Shown here in pieces: positions 7,403 to 16,688 of a stretch of 37,901 nt of DNA. Under the pieces are notes generated by a model that worked only from the letters and a program-made list of their open reading frames with translations, was not told the origin of the DNA and made no database searches. Origin of the DNA: a virus (Duplodnaviria > Caudoviricetes); IMG/VR virus record IMGVR_UViG_3300037722_001169, positions 1 to 37,901 of that record; one strand, written 5' to 3'. The position numbers and the translations under genes are program-made. Each line of letters opens with the position of its first letter. The stretch's first letter is position 1.

Positions 7403-7936
7403 TTGCCGCGTAAACCTCGCACCGCCGACATCGACTGGGATGGCCTCGCCTTCCGCATCGCCAACACCGGCGAGATCATGACGGAGATCGAACCGGTCGA
7501 CGAGACAGGCCGCAGGGACTACCGCGCGCAGGCCGGCGAGAAGGCAGCGCAGATACGCCAGCTGCCGATCGACTACTACGTCGGCTCGATCATCGACGGC
7601 GTCCAGTACGACGCGGCGAACCGGCTGTACTCTGCCGTGCAGCGGGCGGCGAGTCCGAATCCGGCCTTCACGGGGATCTACATCGACAACCCGAATTCCC
7701 ATACCGTGCATGAAAGCCAGCTGGCGGCCTTCGACGAAGTGAAAGGCGGGCTGGATGCGATTTCCCCGGAGTATCGCGAGGTCGTGCACCGTGTCGTGAT
7801 CGGGCGGGGGCAGGGACCGGAAACGATCGATGCGGTGCGGCGTCGCTACTCGATTTCGGACACGGTGTGCAAGCGGCTTTTGTGTGCCGGGCTGGACGAT
7901 CTGGCGGGCTGGTACGGGCTGAAAAGACGCGCTTGA
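7403..7936 (+). CDS. Putative late-gene regulator (Q-position, DUF6456-like)
   Basis: QYDAANR...VVHRVVI...LCAGLDDLAGWYG with C-terminal HTH-like region; sits just before a promoter-terminator pair; TTG start uncertain. Confidence 0.6.
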   Translation: MPRKPRTADIDWDGLAFRIANTGEIMTEIEPVDETGRRDYRAQAGEKAAQIRQLPIDYYVGSIIDGVQYDAANRLYSAVQRAASPNPAFTGIYIDNPNSHTVHESQLAAFDEVKGGLDAISPEYREVVHRVVIGRGQGPETIDAVRRRYSISDTVCKRLLCAGLDDLAGWYGLKRRA

Positions 7937-7961
7937 ACGTAGCGGGGGGAAAGTGTAGCAT
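7933..7961 (+). promoter_or_regulatory. Putative late promoter
   Basis: TTGAAC (7933-7938), 17 nt, TAGCAT (7956-7961). Confidence 0.6.
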
Positions 7962-7984
7962 ATTTTCCCATGTAGAGAATTGTG

Positions 7985-8012
7985 CCCGCCCGCTCCCTGC
8001 GCGGCGGGTTTT
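7985..8012 (+). terminator. Leader terminator after the late promoter
   Basis: CCCGCC-CGC-TCCCT-GCG-C-GGCGGG followed by TTTT. Confidence 0.65.
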
Positions 8013-8025
8013 GCATTCGGGGCCG

Positions 8026-8334
8026 ATGGATTTCGCTGCGCTGTCCCGCCGCCGGCCTGCCCGATACATCCGCCAGCATCCGGTCTGGCAGCTGCAACCG
8101 GGCGAGCAATTCGTGTTCGCCGAGGGCGATGTCGCGACCGGCTTTGTCATCGAGGACGACATGGCCGGCACCTTCGCGATCGATTGCGAGGGAACCCGGC
8201 TCTACTGCCCTTTGCGCGATGCTGCCGGAAAGCCGATACCGAAACGGCAGCCATTCGTCTGGCGGCCGTCGCCGGATATCCCCGACGGTTTGATCGCGCG
8301 CGAGATTTCCGATGCCGACGATCACGTTTCATAA
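8026..8334 (+). CDS. Hypothetical protein
   Basis: ATG 8026 just after the terminator (MDFAALSRRRP...); start reassigned from 7867. Confidence 0.6.
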   Translation: MDFAALSRRRPARYIRQHPVWQLQPGEQFVFAEGDVATGFVIEDDMAGTFAIDCEGTRLYCPLRDAAGKPIPKRQPFVWRPSPDIPDGLIAREISDADDHVS

Positions 8335-8695
8335 AAGCTCGTTCGAATTGCTCGTCGACTATGACGAGACAAAGCCGGATGCGCCCGGCCTGCGGCTGTG
8401 GTCGGTCGGGCTTGTCGGCAAGCGCGCCGCGTTCACGATCGTCGACCGGGTGCGGCGCGACGTCGTGATCGCCGTCGATGCCATGCGCGACCCGGTGCGG
8501 GCGGAAATCCGCCTGGTCCTGCCCAATCGCCCGCTGTACTGGACGAAACCGCGCGTGCTGATGAACTGGGCGGCGCGGACGAAGGCGACCAAGGCCGAAA
8601 TCGAGACGGCGACAGGGCTGCGCTACGACGCGGCGGCTGACGCGGTGCTGACGCATCCGCTCGGCCTGCGCTTCCTGCAAGAGGCGCATCGCTGA
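8312..8695 (+). CDS. Hypothetical protein
   Basis: Codon usage fits; TGATG coupling to the next gene. Confidence 0.7.
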   Translation: MPTITFHKSSFELLVDYDETKPDAPGLRLWSVGLVGKRAAFTIVDRVRRDVVIAVDAMRDPVRAEIRLVLPNRPLYWTKPRVLMNWAARTKATKAEIETATGLRYDAAADAVLTHPLGLRFLQEAHR

Positions 8696-9405
8696 TGGCT
8701 ATCGCCTTCGTCGATTTCGGCACCGACAGCGGCACCGCGCAGACGACGTACACGGCGGGGCTGCGGACGACCGGCGGGTCGGATTACGCGGTCACCGGCG
8801 TCGTCCACAAGTGGACCAGCGCCACGCCGGACAGCGACGCGCTGACGCACAACGGCGACGCGATGACCGAAGTCCAGGCGGCGACCGACGCCGGCGCGCA
8901 GCATGGCTATCTGTCGCACCGGCTCAATGCCGACGCCGACGCCGGTAGCGATCTGAACGTAGTCGGGAACCTCAGCTTCGACAGCGCCGATGTCGTGCTC
9001 GGCGCAATGAGTTTCTCTGGCGTCGACACGACGGCGATCAGGACGTCCGGCAAGCTCGATCCATCGACCCCGGCGGGTTCCGAGGACGACGTCACCCTGA
9101 CCGTGGTGTCGGGCGACATGGGCGTCGACGGTGCCAGTCTGGACGGCGACACGCTGACGGCCGGCGCCGGCCAGACCGAGCGCTACGACCTGTATGGCTC
9201 CGTGAGCAACGACACGCGCGGCGCCGGCAGCCACGAGGCGGCGACGGGCACCTCCGTCGTGCTGTCGTGGACGCCCGACGGCGGCGTCAAGGATTTCACC
9301 GTTGTCGCGCTGGCGTTCATCCCGGCGGCGGGTGGCGGTGGGACATTGCCGCACAACCCGCTCGGCCATGTGTTGAAGGGTCCGTTTGGAGGGCCAATCG
9401 GATGA
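8695..9405 (+). CDS. Acidic Gly/Thr/Asp-rich beta-type protein, probable virion accessory
   Basis: Composition; AMSFSGVDT; C-terminal AAGGGG linker; coupled at both ends. Confidence 0.6.
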   Translation: MAIAFVDFGTDSGTAQTTYTAGLRTTGGSDYAVTGVVHKWTSATPDSDALTHNGDAMTEVQAATDAGAQHGYLSHRLNADADAGSDLNVVGNLSFDSADVVLGAMSFSGVDTTAIRTSGKLDPSTPAGSEDDVTLTVVSGDMGVDGASLDGDTLTAGAGQTERYDLYGSVSNDTRGAGSHEAATGTSVVLSWTPDGGVKDFTVVALAFIPAAGGGGTLPHNPLGHVLKGPFGGPIG

Positions 9406-10637
9406 CGATGCATCTCGGGACGGTGCTGCCGGGCACGACACTCTACGTGCCGTTCCACACCTTTGACAGCAACGACCCGTCGGCCTCGGTGACGATCACC
9501 GGGCTGGCGGCGACCGACATCGAAATCTACAAGGATGGCTCGGTTACGCAGCGCGCCAGCGATACCGGCTATGCGCTGCTCGATACCGACGGCATCGATT
9601 TCGACGGCATTACCGGCATCCACGGATTCTCGGTTGACCTGGCGTCGAACGCAACGGCCGGCTTTTTCGAGGCCGGCTCGTCCTACTGGGTGGTCGTCTC
9701 GGCCGTCACGGTCGATGCGGCAACGGTCAACTTCGTCGCCGCGACATTCAGGATCGGCTACCCCGGCGCCATCCTCGATACGACGATCGCCACTCTGGCG
9801 AGCCAGACCTCGTTCACCCTCGAGGACGGCTCGGCCGACAACGACGCCTACAATGGCTGCGTCTGCATCATCCATGACCTCGCCTCGGCGGTACAGGTGG
9901 CGCAGGGCGTCGTCGCCGATTACACCGGCTCGACGAAGACGGTAACGCTGGCGTTCGATCCGGCCGTGTTCACGATGGCGGCCGGCGACAGCATTTCATT
10001 TTTCCCGCGCGTCAGCGCGCATGCCTGGAACGGCGTGCCGCTGGCGACGACGAATCCGCTGCCCAATGCCGCGGCAGACGCGGCGGGCGGGCTGGTCATT
10101 TCCGACGCCGGCGGGCTGGACGCCGACGCCATGGCGGCGTCCGTGTCGGCGATCGAGACGGATACGAGCACGACTCTGGATAATCTGGTGGACGACCTCG
10201 AAAGCCGGCTCGGCACGCCGTCTGACCTCGGTTCGGGCGCGACCATCGCCGCCAATCTCGTGGATATCGAGGCGCAGACCGATGATATCGGCGCAGCCGG
10301 CGCGGGCCTGACCGAGGCCGGCGGCACAGGCGACCACTTGACGGCTTTGGCGACACAGGCGAGCGTCGACGCGCTCAACGATCTGTCCGCCGCCGACGTC
10401 AACGCGGAGGTGGTCGACGCGCTGGCGACCGATACATATGCGGAGCCGACCGGCGTTCCCGCCGCGACGGCTACGCTGGCGGCCAAGATTGGCACACTGC
10501 ACATGATGGCGCGCAACAAGGTCACAGTCACGGCGACCAAGAAGACGTTCTTCGACGACGGCGATGCCGCTGAGTTCGAGAAAGACCTGTCGGACGACGA
10601 CACGACGTACACGGAGAGCGAGGCCAACGCAATCTGA
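9402..10637 (+). CDS. Probable virion fibre or decoration protein
   Basis: ATGA overlap at 9402; beta-rich N-half and Ala/Asp-rich helical C-half (LNDLSAADVNAEVVDAL). Confidence 0.6.
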   Translation: MTMHLGTVLPGTTLYVPFHTFDSNDPSASVTITGLAATDIEIYKDGSVTQRASDTGYALLDTDGIDFDGITGIHGFSVDLASNATAGFFEAGSSYWVVVSAVTVDAATVNFVAATFRIGYPGAILDTTIATLASQTSFTLEDGSADNDAYNGCVCIIHDLASAVQVAQGVVADYTGSTKTVTLAFDPAVFTMAAGDSISFFPRVSAHAWNGVPLATTNPLPNAAADAAGGLVISDAGGLDADAMAASVSAIETDTSTTLDNLVDDLESRLGTPSDLGSGATIAANLVDIEAQTDDIGAAGAGLTEAGGTGDHLTALATQASVDALNDLSAADVNAEVVDALATDTYAEPTGVPAATATLAAKIGTLHMMARNKVTVTATKKTFFDDGDAAEFEKDLSDDDTTYTESEANAI

Positions 10638-11080
10638 TGGCGATTGATACAGCGGAGCGGCGCCGGGCCGTCGCCGCGCTGTCCGGGGCGCATTGGTTCG
10701 GGCCGGGTGTCACGCCGGATACCGCAAAGGACGGCGAATGGCGGCAGCAGGTCGCTTTCGGTTATCCGGGCATATCGGCTGGCGAAGCGGTCGAGCCGGC
10801 AACCACGGCCGGGTGGATACCCCCGATCCGTCGTCGGTACATCCTGCCCAACGGCATGAACGTGATGGCGTCGCCGCACGAGGTCGCGGCGATGCTGGCG
10901 CGCATGAACCTCGAAATCAACGAGGTGCAGGCACCCCCTGCCGACATGGCCGACCTGAGAGACGCGCTGGTGAGCGCCTTGAAGGCAAAACCACGCCGCG
11001 GGGGACAACGGCGTTCACAGATTGAACACGACATGCGACAAGCCGACGACGACATGATAATCCTGATGATGATGAGTTGA
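10637..11080 (+). CDS. Hypothetical phage protein
   Basis: TGATG coupling; ends DDDMIILMMMS. Confidence 0.7.
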   Translation: MAIDTAERRRAVAALSGAHWFGPGVTPDTAKDGEWRQQVAFGYPGISAGEAVEPATTAGWIPPIRRRYILPNGMNVMASPHEVAAMLARMNLEINEVQAPPADMADLRDALVSALKAKPRRGGQRRSQIEHDMRQADDDMIILMMMS

Positions 11081-11083
11081 GAC

Positions 11084-11350
11084 ATGGCGGCCCGGACGAA
11101 GAAAATACGCCACGACGATGAAACCCGCGCCAAGATCCAGGCGGCCATGATCATCGACCGGCTGCAAAAGGGGCTGAAGGGGGAAATCGACCTGAACGCA
11201 CAACAAGTCAGTATCGGCTTGGGTTTGCTCCGCAAGGTGTTACCCGACCTGGCGCAGACCGATATGAATGCAACGCATGATGTCTCCGACCCGCTCAGGC
11301 AACTGTTACGGAATATCGATGGCAGGACGCGCGGGTTACCGAAAAACTGA
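11084..11350 (+). CDS. terS: Terminase small subunit (probable)
   Basis: Overlaps terL; RAKIQAAMIIDRLQ...LLRKVLPDL pattern. Confidence 0.7.
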   Translation: MAARTKKIRHDDETRAKIQAAMIIDRLQKGLKGEIDLNAQQVSIGLGLLRKVLPDLAQTDMNATHDVSDPLRQLLRNIDGRTRGLPKN

Positions 11351-12812
11351 GAGCCGGTTTCTCGACGTTCGCTGGCGTCTCGACAATCTCTATACGATTA
11401 CAGACAAGGGCGGCCACCGGGTTCCGTTCCGGATGAACTGGGCGCAAGAGCTCCTGTTCGCCGAAATGACGCACCGCAACGTCGTCCTGAAGGCGCGTCA
11501 GCTCGGGTTCTCGACGTTCATCCAGCTTTTCATGCTCGACGCCTGCCTGTTCAACTCCAACGTGGCGGCGGGCACGATCGCCCACACTCGCGACGACGCC
11601 GAGGCGATCTTCAAGACGAAGGCGAAGTTCCCTTACGACCATCTCGACGAGGGGCTGAAGGCGCGCAACCCCGCCAAGCAGGACAGCGCTCGTGAACTGT
11701 CGTTCGAGAACGGCTCGACCCTGCGCGTCGGCACCAGCCTGCGCTCGGGCACGTTCCAGTACCTGCACGTCTCGGAATTCGGCAAGATCGGGGCCAAATA
11801 CCCGGACAAGGCCAAGGAGGTCGTCACCGGCTCGTTCAACACCGTTGGCCCGGACGGCCTCATATTCGTGGAATCGACCGCGGAAGGGCAGGGCGGGGAA
11901 TTCCATGATCTGTGCCAGCATGCGCAGGAAGCGCAGCGCCAGCAACGAACGCTCACGCAGCTCGATTTCAAGTTCCACTTCTTCCCGTGGTGGCAGGAAG
12001 CGGCATATTCGTTGCGACCCGGTGTTGTCGCGCTGACACGCGAGCACAGCCGGTATTTCGAGCACCTGACGACGCAAGGCATCAGCCTGACGGAGGGGCA
12101 GAAAGCCTGGTACGCCGTCATGCTGGAAACGCAGAAAGAGGAGATGAAGCGGGAGTACCCGTCGACCCCGGAAGAGGCGTTCGAGGCCGCAGTCGAGGGC
12201 GCGTATTACGGGCCGCAGATGGCGCGGCTCGACATGAGCGGGCGCATCACGCGCGTTCCTCACGACCCGGCCATGGGCGTCGAGACGTGGTGGGATTTGG
12301 GCATGGACGATTCGACCACGATATGGTTCGTCCAGCGCGACCGCAGCGAATTGCGCTGTATCGACTATTACGAGAACTCCGGCGAGGGCCTGTCGCACTA
12401 TGCCGGGGTGCTGCGCGACAGGCGGGATACGCGGGACTTCGTGTACACGGAACATTACGCGCCGCACGACGCGGAAGTCCGCGAACTGAGCACGCGGAAA
12501 ACCCGCACCGAAACGATGAAGGAGCACGGCATCAAGTGGACGGTCGTGCCGAGACACGATTTGCGCGACGGCATAGAGGCTGTCCGTCGCAGTCTGCCGT
12601 TGTGCTGGTTTGACCGGGAGCACTGCGCGCAGGGCATCAGACACATGCGCCAGTACCGCAAGGAATGGGACGAGGAGCGCGCGGTCTACAAGGACCATCC
12701 CCGCCACGACGCGGCGAGCCATGGTGCCGATGCGTTCCGGACCGGCGTGAAGGCCAGGGGCCCTGCGTCTGCCCGCCGCGACCTGCCGCGACCGAAAGTG
12801 GCGATAGCATAA
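11319..12812 (+). CDS. terL: Terminase large subunit
   Basis: LKARQLGFST (Walker A), LHVSEFG (Walker B), VEST, WWDLGMDDST and SHGADAFR nuclease motifs; start uncertain. Confidence 0.95.
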   Translation: MAGRAGYRKTESRFLDVRWRLDNLYTITDKGGHRVPFRMNWAQELLFAEMTHRNVVLKARQLGFSTFIQLFMLDACLFNSNVAAGTIAHTRDDAEAIFKTKAKFPYDHLDEGLKARNPAKQDSARELSFENGSTLRVGTSLRSGTFQYLHVSEFGKIGAKYPDKAKEVVTGSFNTVGPDGLIFVESTAEGQGGEFHDLCQHAQEAQRQQRTLTQLDFKFHFFPWWQEAAYSLRPGVVALTREHSRYFEHLTTQGISLTEGQKAWYAVMLETQKEEMKREYPSTPEEAFEAAVEGAYYGPQMARLDMSGRITRVPHDPAMGVETWWDLGMDDSTTIWFVQRDRSELRCIDYYENSGEGLSHYAGVLRDRRDTRDFVYTEHYAPHDAEVRELSTRKTRTETMKEHGIKWTVVPRHDLRDGIEAVRRSLPLCWFDREHCAQGIRHMRQYRKEWDEERAVYKDHPRHDAASHGADAFRTGVKARGPASARRDLPRPKVAIA

Positions 12813-12813
12813 A

Positions 12814-12854
12814 TGTTACGTTTCCTTGAGGGGTAGACAGTAACGTGTTACGGT
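12814..12854 (+). promoter_or_regulatory. Putative promoter with GTTAC/GTAAC operator boxes
   Basis: TTGAGG (12826-12831), 17 nt, TACGGT (12849-12854); palindrome GTAAC-GT-GTTAC at 12840-12851; extra TGTTACG at 12814. Confidence 0.5.
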
Positions 12855-12881
12855 TCTCGCGCTTATAGCGTATGGGAACCG

Positions 12882-13043
12882 ATGAAGTTCACGGAATGGG
12901 TCGCCTCGCTAACGGTTGGCCGGGTTGGTGGCTGGCTGTCGCATTGCGACTGGTGCGGCGAGAGGATGTTTTCGACGCGGCGGGATGCGAAGTATTGCTC
13001 TGACGCCTGCAAGCAGGCCGCATACCGCAAGAGGCGGGGATGA
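12882..13043 (+). CDS. 53-aa zinc-binding basic protein (not in ORF track)
   Basis: MKFTEW...CDWCG...RRDAKYCSDACKQAAYRKRRG. Confidence 0.8.
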   Translation: MKFTEWVASLTVGRVGGWLSHCDWCGERMFSTRRDAKYCSDACKQAAYRKRRG

Positions 13044-13046
13044 TCG

Positions 13047-13601
13047 ATGACCACAGACGGCACGAGTGTAAGGGCGCAACGGATTCTGGCGGTTCGGGAA
13101 TCGGGCGAGCCGCTGATAGCGGCGGCGCTGAAAACGCTGGCGGACGAGATCGACCGGCTGTGGGAGGTGGTGGCCCGGCTAAGGGAGGCGGGGGAGATGA
13201 TGGCGACCAACAACCTGAACTTTGGGGGTGTGCTCGCCGGAACGCAGGAGTGGGTTCAGGAACTGGAGAATCAGCTCAAGTCCGCGCCAACCGGAAATGG
13301 CGACAGCGAAACCGCGAGCGGTACAACGCCTACATGCGGGAGTACCGGAGACGGAGACGTGACGCCCGAGATGATCGAGGCGGGGGCGGATGAAATCTTT
13401 GTTTGCCTCGACGACGAGACGCGGCACGAGGTCGCCGAGCGCGTTCTTCGCCGCGCCGGAGAGGAGTGGGTTACGAAGGCGATGATAAACGCCGGCAGAT
13501 TGGTCGTTTATGACGCGGTGGGGTGTTTCCCGACAGACGATGAAATGATGAGAATCTTCCGCATCATGTACGCGGTGGCGTGCGGAGAGGAAAGGCCATG
13601 A
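13047..13601 (+). CDS. Hypothetical protein; possibly two genes (second from GTG 13359)
   Basis: Coiled-coil-like N-half; repeated VTPEMIEAG/VTKAMINAG units in the C-half. Confidence 0.55.
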   Translation: MTTDGTSVRAQRILAVRESGEPLIAAALKTLADEIDRLWEVVARLREAGEMMATNNLNFGGVLAGTQEWVQELENQLKSAPTGNGDSETASGTTPTCGSTGDGDVTPEMIEAGADEIFVCLDDETRHEVAERVLRRAGEEWVTKAMINAGRLVVYDAVGCFPTDDEMMRIFRIMYAVACGEERP

Positions 13602-13780
13602 AAATCGACACGACGACCCTCAGCCCATGGGCTGAAATCCACCGCATGCTGGCGAACATGCGCACGCTGACGGTCACGGTGGGCGGCGACACGCACACCG
13701 GCGAAGCCGATTTGTCGGCCGACGACAGCGGCAACGTCATGCTGGCGTTTGCGGGCAAGCCGGCGAAGAAGCGCCGGTGA
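13598..13780 (+). CDS. Hypothetical protein
   Basis: GAGGAAAGG RBS; ATGA overlap. Confidence 0.7.
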   Translation: MKIDTTTLSPWAEIHRMLANMRTLTVTVGGDTHTGEADLSADDSGNVMLAFAGKPAKKRR

Positions 13781-13920
13781 AGCTGTTCCGCCTGATGTGG
13801 CAGGCGCTGATCCTGTCGATCGCGCTGGCGCAATGACCAGCCCACGCGGGCTGATCCCCTGCGACCTCGAAGAGCAGCTGATCCCCGGCTGGACGCCATG
13901 GCCGAAACGAGAGGACGAAC

Positions 13921-14088
13921 ATGACCCGCATCAACCCGGAAATCCGCATGAACCGCATGCAGGAACAGATCGACCGGCTATTGGGGGAGGTCGAGGCGTT
14001 GCGCGGGGAAATGCACGACCTCCGCAACCAGGCGGCAGTTGACGGAACCGCCGAAGACCTGTCGCCGAAGCGGAAAAGCGCGGCGTGA
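13921..14088 (+). CDS. 55-aa coiled-coil protein (not in ORF track)
   Basis: GAGGA RBS; MTRINPEIRMNRMQEQIDRLLGEVEALRGEMHDL...; stop overlaps the portal GTG. Confidence 0.7.
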   Translation: MTRINPEIRMNRMQEQIDRLLGEVEALRGEMHDLRNQAAVDGTAEDLSPKRKSAA

Positions 14089-16478
14089 CAGAAGACGAGC
14101 TGAAGGCCGTCATCGGCCGTCAGATACGGTCGGCCATCGGCTCCACCGTCGGTTCGACGGCGGGTTCGGAACTGGCCGAACAGCGCCGGAAGGCGCTCGA
14201 CTACTACTACGGCGACAAGTTCGGCAACGAGGTCGAGGGCCGTTCCGAGGTCGTGCTGACCGATGTCGCCGATACCGTCGAGTGGATGCTGCCGAGCCTG
14301 ATCGAGGTGTTCATGGCCGGCGACGAGGTCGTGCGTTTCGAGCCGCAGTACCCCGAGGACGAGGATGCGGCCAGACAGGCGACGGAATACGTCAATCACA
14401 TCTTCACGGTCGACAACCGCGGTTTCACGATTCTGTACGACATGTTCAAGGATGCGCTGCTGCAAAAGGTCGGCATCGCCAAGGTCTGGTGGGAAGAAAC
14501 GGAGGAAACGAAGAAGGAGAGTTTCAGCGGTCTCACCGATGACGATGTCGCGCTGATCCTGTCGACCGAGGGCGTCGAACCCGTCGCCAGTGCACAGAAC
14601 GAACTCGGGCTGTGGGATTTGACGGTCGAGCGCAAGACCGCCGACGGCCGGGTCAGGATCGAGAGCGTGCCGCCCGAGGAATTCCTGATTTCACGCAGGG
14701 CGACGACGATTCTGGATTCACCGTTCGTGGCGCACGCTACCGAGAAGACGGTCACCGAATTGCTGGAAATGGGCTTCGACCGGGAGACGGTGGAAGACCT
14801 GCCGGCGTATTCGGACGGCGTGTGGAACACGGAAACGACGGCGCGGCACGATTTCGACACGACGCAGCCGTTCGACCTCGACGCCCAGACCGACCGGTCG
14901 ATGCGGCCGGTCATGGTTTACGAGTGCTATCTGAAGGTCGACTACGACGACGACGGCCGCGCGGAACGGCGGAAGGTCACGGCGGCGGGGTCGGGCTTCA
15001 CCATTCTCGACAACGAGGAAGTCGACGAAGTCCCGTTCGTGTCGGTGTGTCCGGTGCCGATGCCGCACAAGTTCCACGGGCTGAGTTTTGCTGACCTGAC
15101 GATGGATCTGCAGCTGATCTCGTCGACCGTGATGCGGCAGATTCTCGACAACGCCTACAACATCAACAACGCGCGGAACGCAGTCAACGAGCGCGTCGAC
15201 CTTGACGATCTGCTGACGAACAGTCTCGGTTCCCAGGTGCGCGTCAGCGGCGAAGAGCCGGTTGAAGGCTCGATCATGCCGTTAGTGACGGTGCCGATCG
15301 GCGATCAGCTGTTCCCCGTGCTCGAATATCTGGCCCAGGTGCGTGAGAACCGGACAGGGGTATCCCGCTACAACCAGGGTCTTGACCCCGATGCGCTGAA
15401 CGATACTGCGGCGGGTATCGGCATGTTGCAGAACGCCTCGATGAAGAAGCAGGCGCTGATCGCGCGCATCTTCGCCGAGACGGGCGTACGCGACCTGTTC
15501 GCGCTGATCCTCCGGCTTGTGGTCGCCAATCAGGACCGGCCGAGAACGATCCGGCTGCGCAACGAATGGGTGCCGATGGACCCGCGCGACTGGAACGCGG
15601 AGATGGACGTGCAGATCGGCGTCGGCCTCGGGCACGGCAATCGTGACCAGCAGCAGTTCCTCCTGCGCGAAGTACTGAACGTGCAGCGGGAGATCGTCGG
15701 CTTCCAAGGCGGCCCGGCGGGTCCGCTGGTCGGGCTGACGAACATCTACAACACGCTGGACAAGCTGGTACAGGCCGGCGGGTTCAAGTCGGCGGAACCG
15801 TTCTTCATGGACCCGCAGGGCCAGCAGATGCAGGCGCCGGAACCGCCGCCCGACCCGAAGCTGATCGAAGTGCAGGCGAAGATGCAGCTCGAAGGCATGA
15901 AGGCGCAGAACGACGCCGAGCTGAAGCGCGAGGAATTCGCGATGAAGGAGCGGCAGACGACGGCGGAAATCGAGCTGGCGCGTTTCAAGGCGCAGATGGA
16001 GGCCGAGGTCGCCGTCGTCCGGGTGCAGATGGAGAACGCGCTGCGCCGCGAGCAGGCGGGCCTCGAGGTGGAAATATCGGTCGAGAAGCTGGTCGCCGAG
16101 CTCGGCATGAAGCAGGCGCAGATGCAGGCCGACATGGAGTCGAAGTCGGAGGACATGCGGCTCAAACGCGAATCCGCGCAATTCGACGCCGGCCTGAAGG
16201 AGCGCGGCGTGGCGATGGCCGAGGACGGCGAACGGCGCAAGTTCGAGGCGGCGCAGGGTAAGCCGGTGCTCGACGCCGTGCAGGAATTCACCAGGTCGAT
16301 GGCGGAGACCATCGCCAAGATCGACTCGGCCCTGAAAGACACGCTGAAGGAAGTTCGGGAACTGAAGGCCGAAGCGGCGGAACCGGTGCAACTGACGGTG
16401 AAGCGCGACGCCGGTGGCCGGCCGGTGGGTGGCACGCGCAAGCAGGGCAAGCGGGAAACTGAAATCACGATCAACTGA
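14085..16478 (+). CDS. Portal protein (P22/SU10-like) with long C-terminal helical barrel
   Basis: RRKALDYYYG...GRSEVV..DVADTVEW, ESVPPEEFLI, ENRTGVSRYNQG, IARIFAETG; Q/E/M-rich C-terminus. Confidence 0.93.
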   Translation: MTEDELKAVIGRQIRSAIGSTVGSTAGSELAEQRRKALDYYYGDKFGNEVEGRSEVVLTDVADTVEWMLPSLIEVFMAGDEVVRFEPQYPEDEDAARQATEYVNHIFTVDNRGFTILYDMFKDALLQKVGIAKVWWEETEETKKESFSGLTDDDVALILSTEGVEPVASAQNELGLWDLTVERKTADGRVRIESVPPEEFLISRRATTILDSPFVAHATEKTVTELLEMGFDRETVEDLPAYSDGVWNTETTARHDFDTTQPFDLDAQTDRSMRPVMVYECYLKVDYDDDGRAERRKVTAAGSGFTILDNEEVDEVPFVSVCPVPMPHKFHGLSFADLTMDLQLISSTVMRQILDNAYNINNARNAVNERVDLDDLLTNSLGSQVRVSGEEPVEGSIMPLVTVPIGDQLFPVLEYLAQVRENRTGVSRYNQGLDPDALNDTAAGIGMLQNASMKKQALIARIFAETGVRDLFALILRLVVANQDRPRTIRLRNEWVPMDPRDWNAEMDVQIGVGLGHGNRDQQQFLLREVLNVQREIVGFQGGPAGPLVGLTNIYNTLDKLVQAGGFKSAEPFFMDPQGQQMQAPEPPPDPKLIEVQAKMQLEGMKAQNDAELKREEFAMKERQTTAEIELARFKAQMEAEVAVVRVQMENALRREQAGLEVEISVEKLVAELGMKQAQMQADMESKSEDMRLKRESAQFDAGLKERGVAMAEDGERRKFEAAQGKPVLDAVQEFTRSMAETIAKIDSALKDTLKEVRELKAEAAEPVQLTVKRDAGGRPVGGTRKQGKRETEITIN

Positions 16479-16502
16479 CACCGCGCAATCCAGCGCGTTG
16501 CG

Positions 16503-16524
16503 AGCCGCCTTCGGGCGGCTTTTT
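16503..16524 (+). terminator. Rho-independent terminator
   Basis: AGCCGCC-TTCG-GGCGGCT followed by TTTT. Confidence 0.85.
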
Positions 16525-16538
16525 CATGGAGCAAACCG

Positions 16539-16688
16539 ATGAAGTTCGAATCGACGAAGACGACGAAGAAGTCGGGCAAGAACCCGCCGAAGATGGCGTA
16601 TGCCGACGCCAACGTGAAGGGCACGCGGCTGCCGAAGGGCGGCTGCCCGAAGGGCGGCAAGGGCAAGTCCGGCATGCCGGCGTACTGA
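16539..16688 (+). CDS. 49-aa Lys/Gly-rich protein (not in ORF track)
   Basis: GGAG RBS; MKFESTKTTKKSGKNPPKMAYADANVKGTRLPKGGCPKGGKGKSGMPAY; TGATG coupling. Confidence 0.7.
   Translation: MKFESTKTTKKSGKNPPKMAYADANVKGTRLPKGGCPKGGKGKSGMPAY

Noticed and set aside
13777-13836. 19-aa hydrophobic ORF (VKLFRLMWQALILSIALAQ) with overlaps at both ends
   Set aside because: Too short to support without homologs or expression data
16526-16687. N-terminal extension of the tracked ORF 16526-16969
   Set aside because: Starts right after the terminator T-tract with no RBS; better explained by the 16539-16688 gene plus a start at 16688
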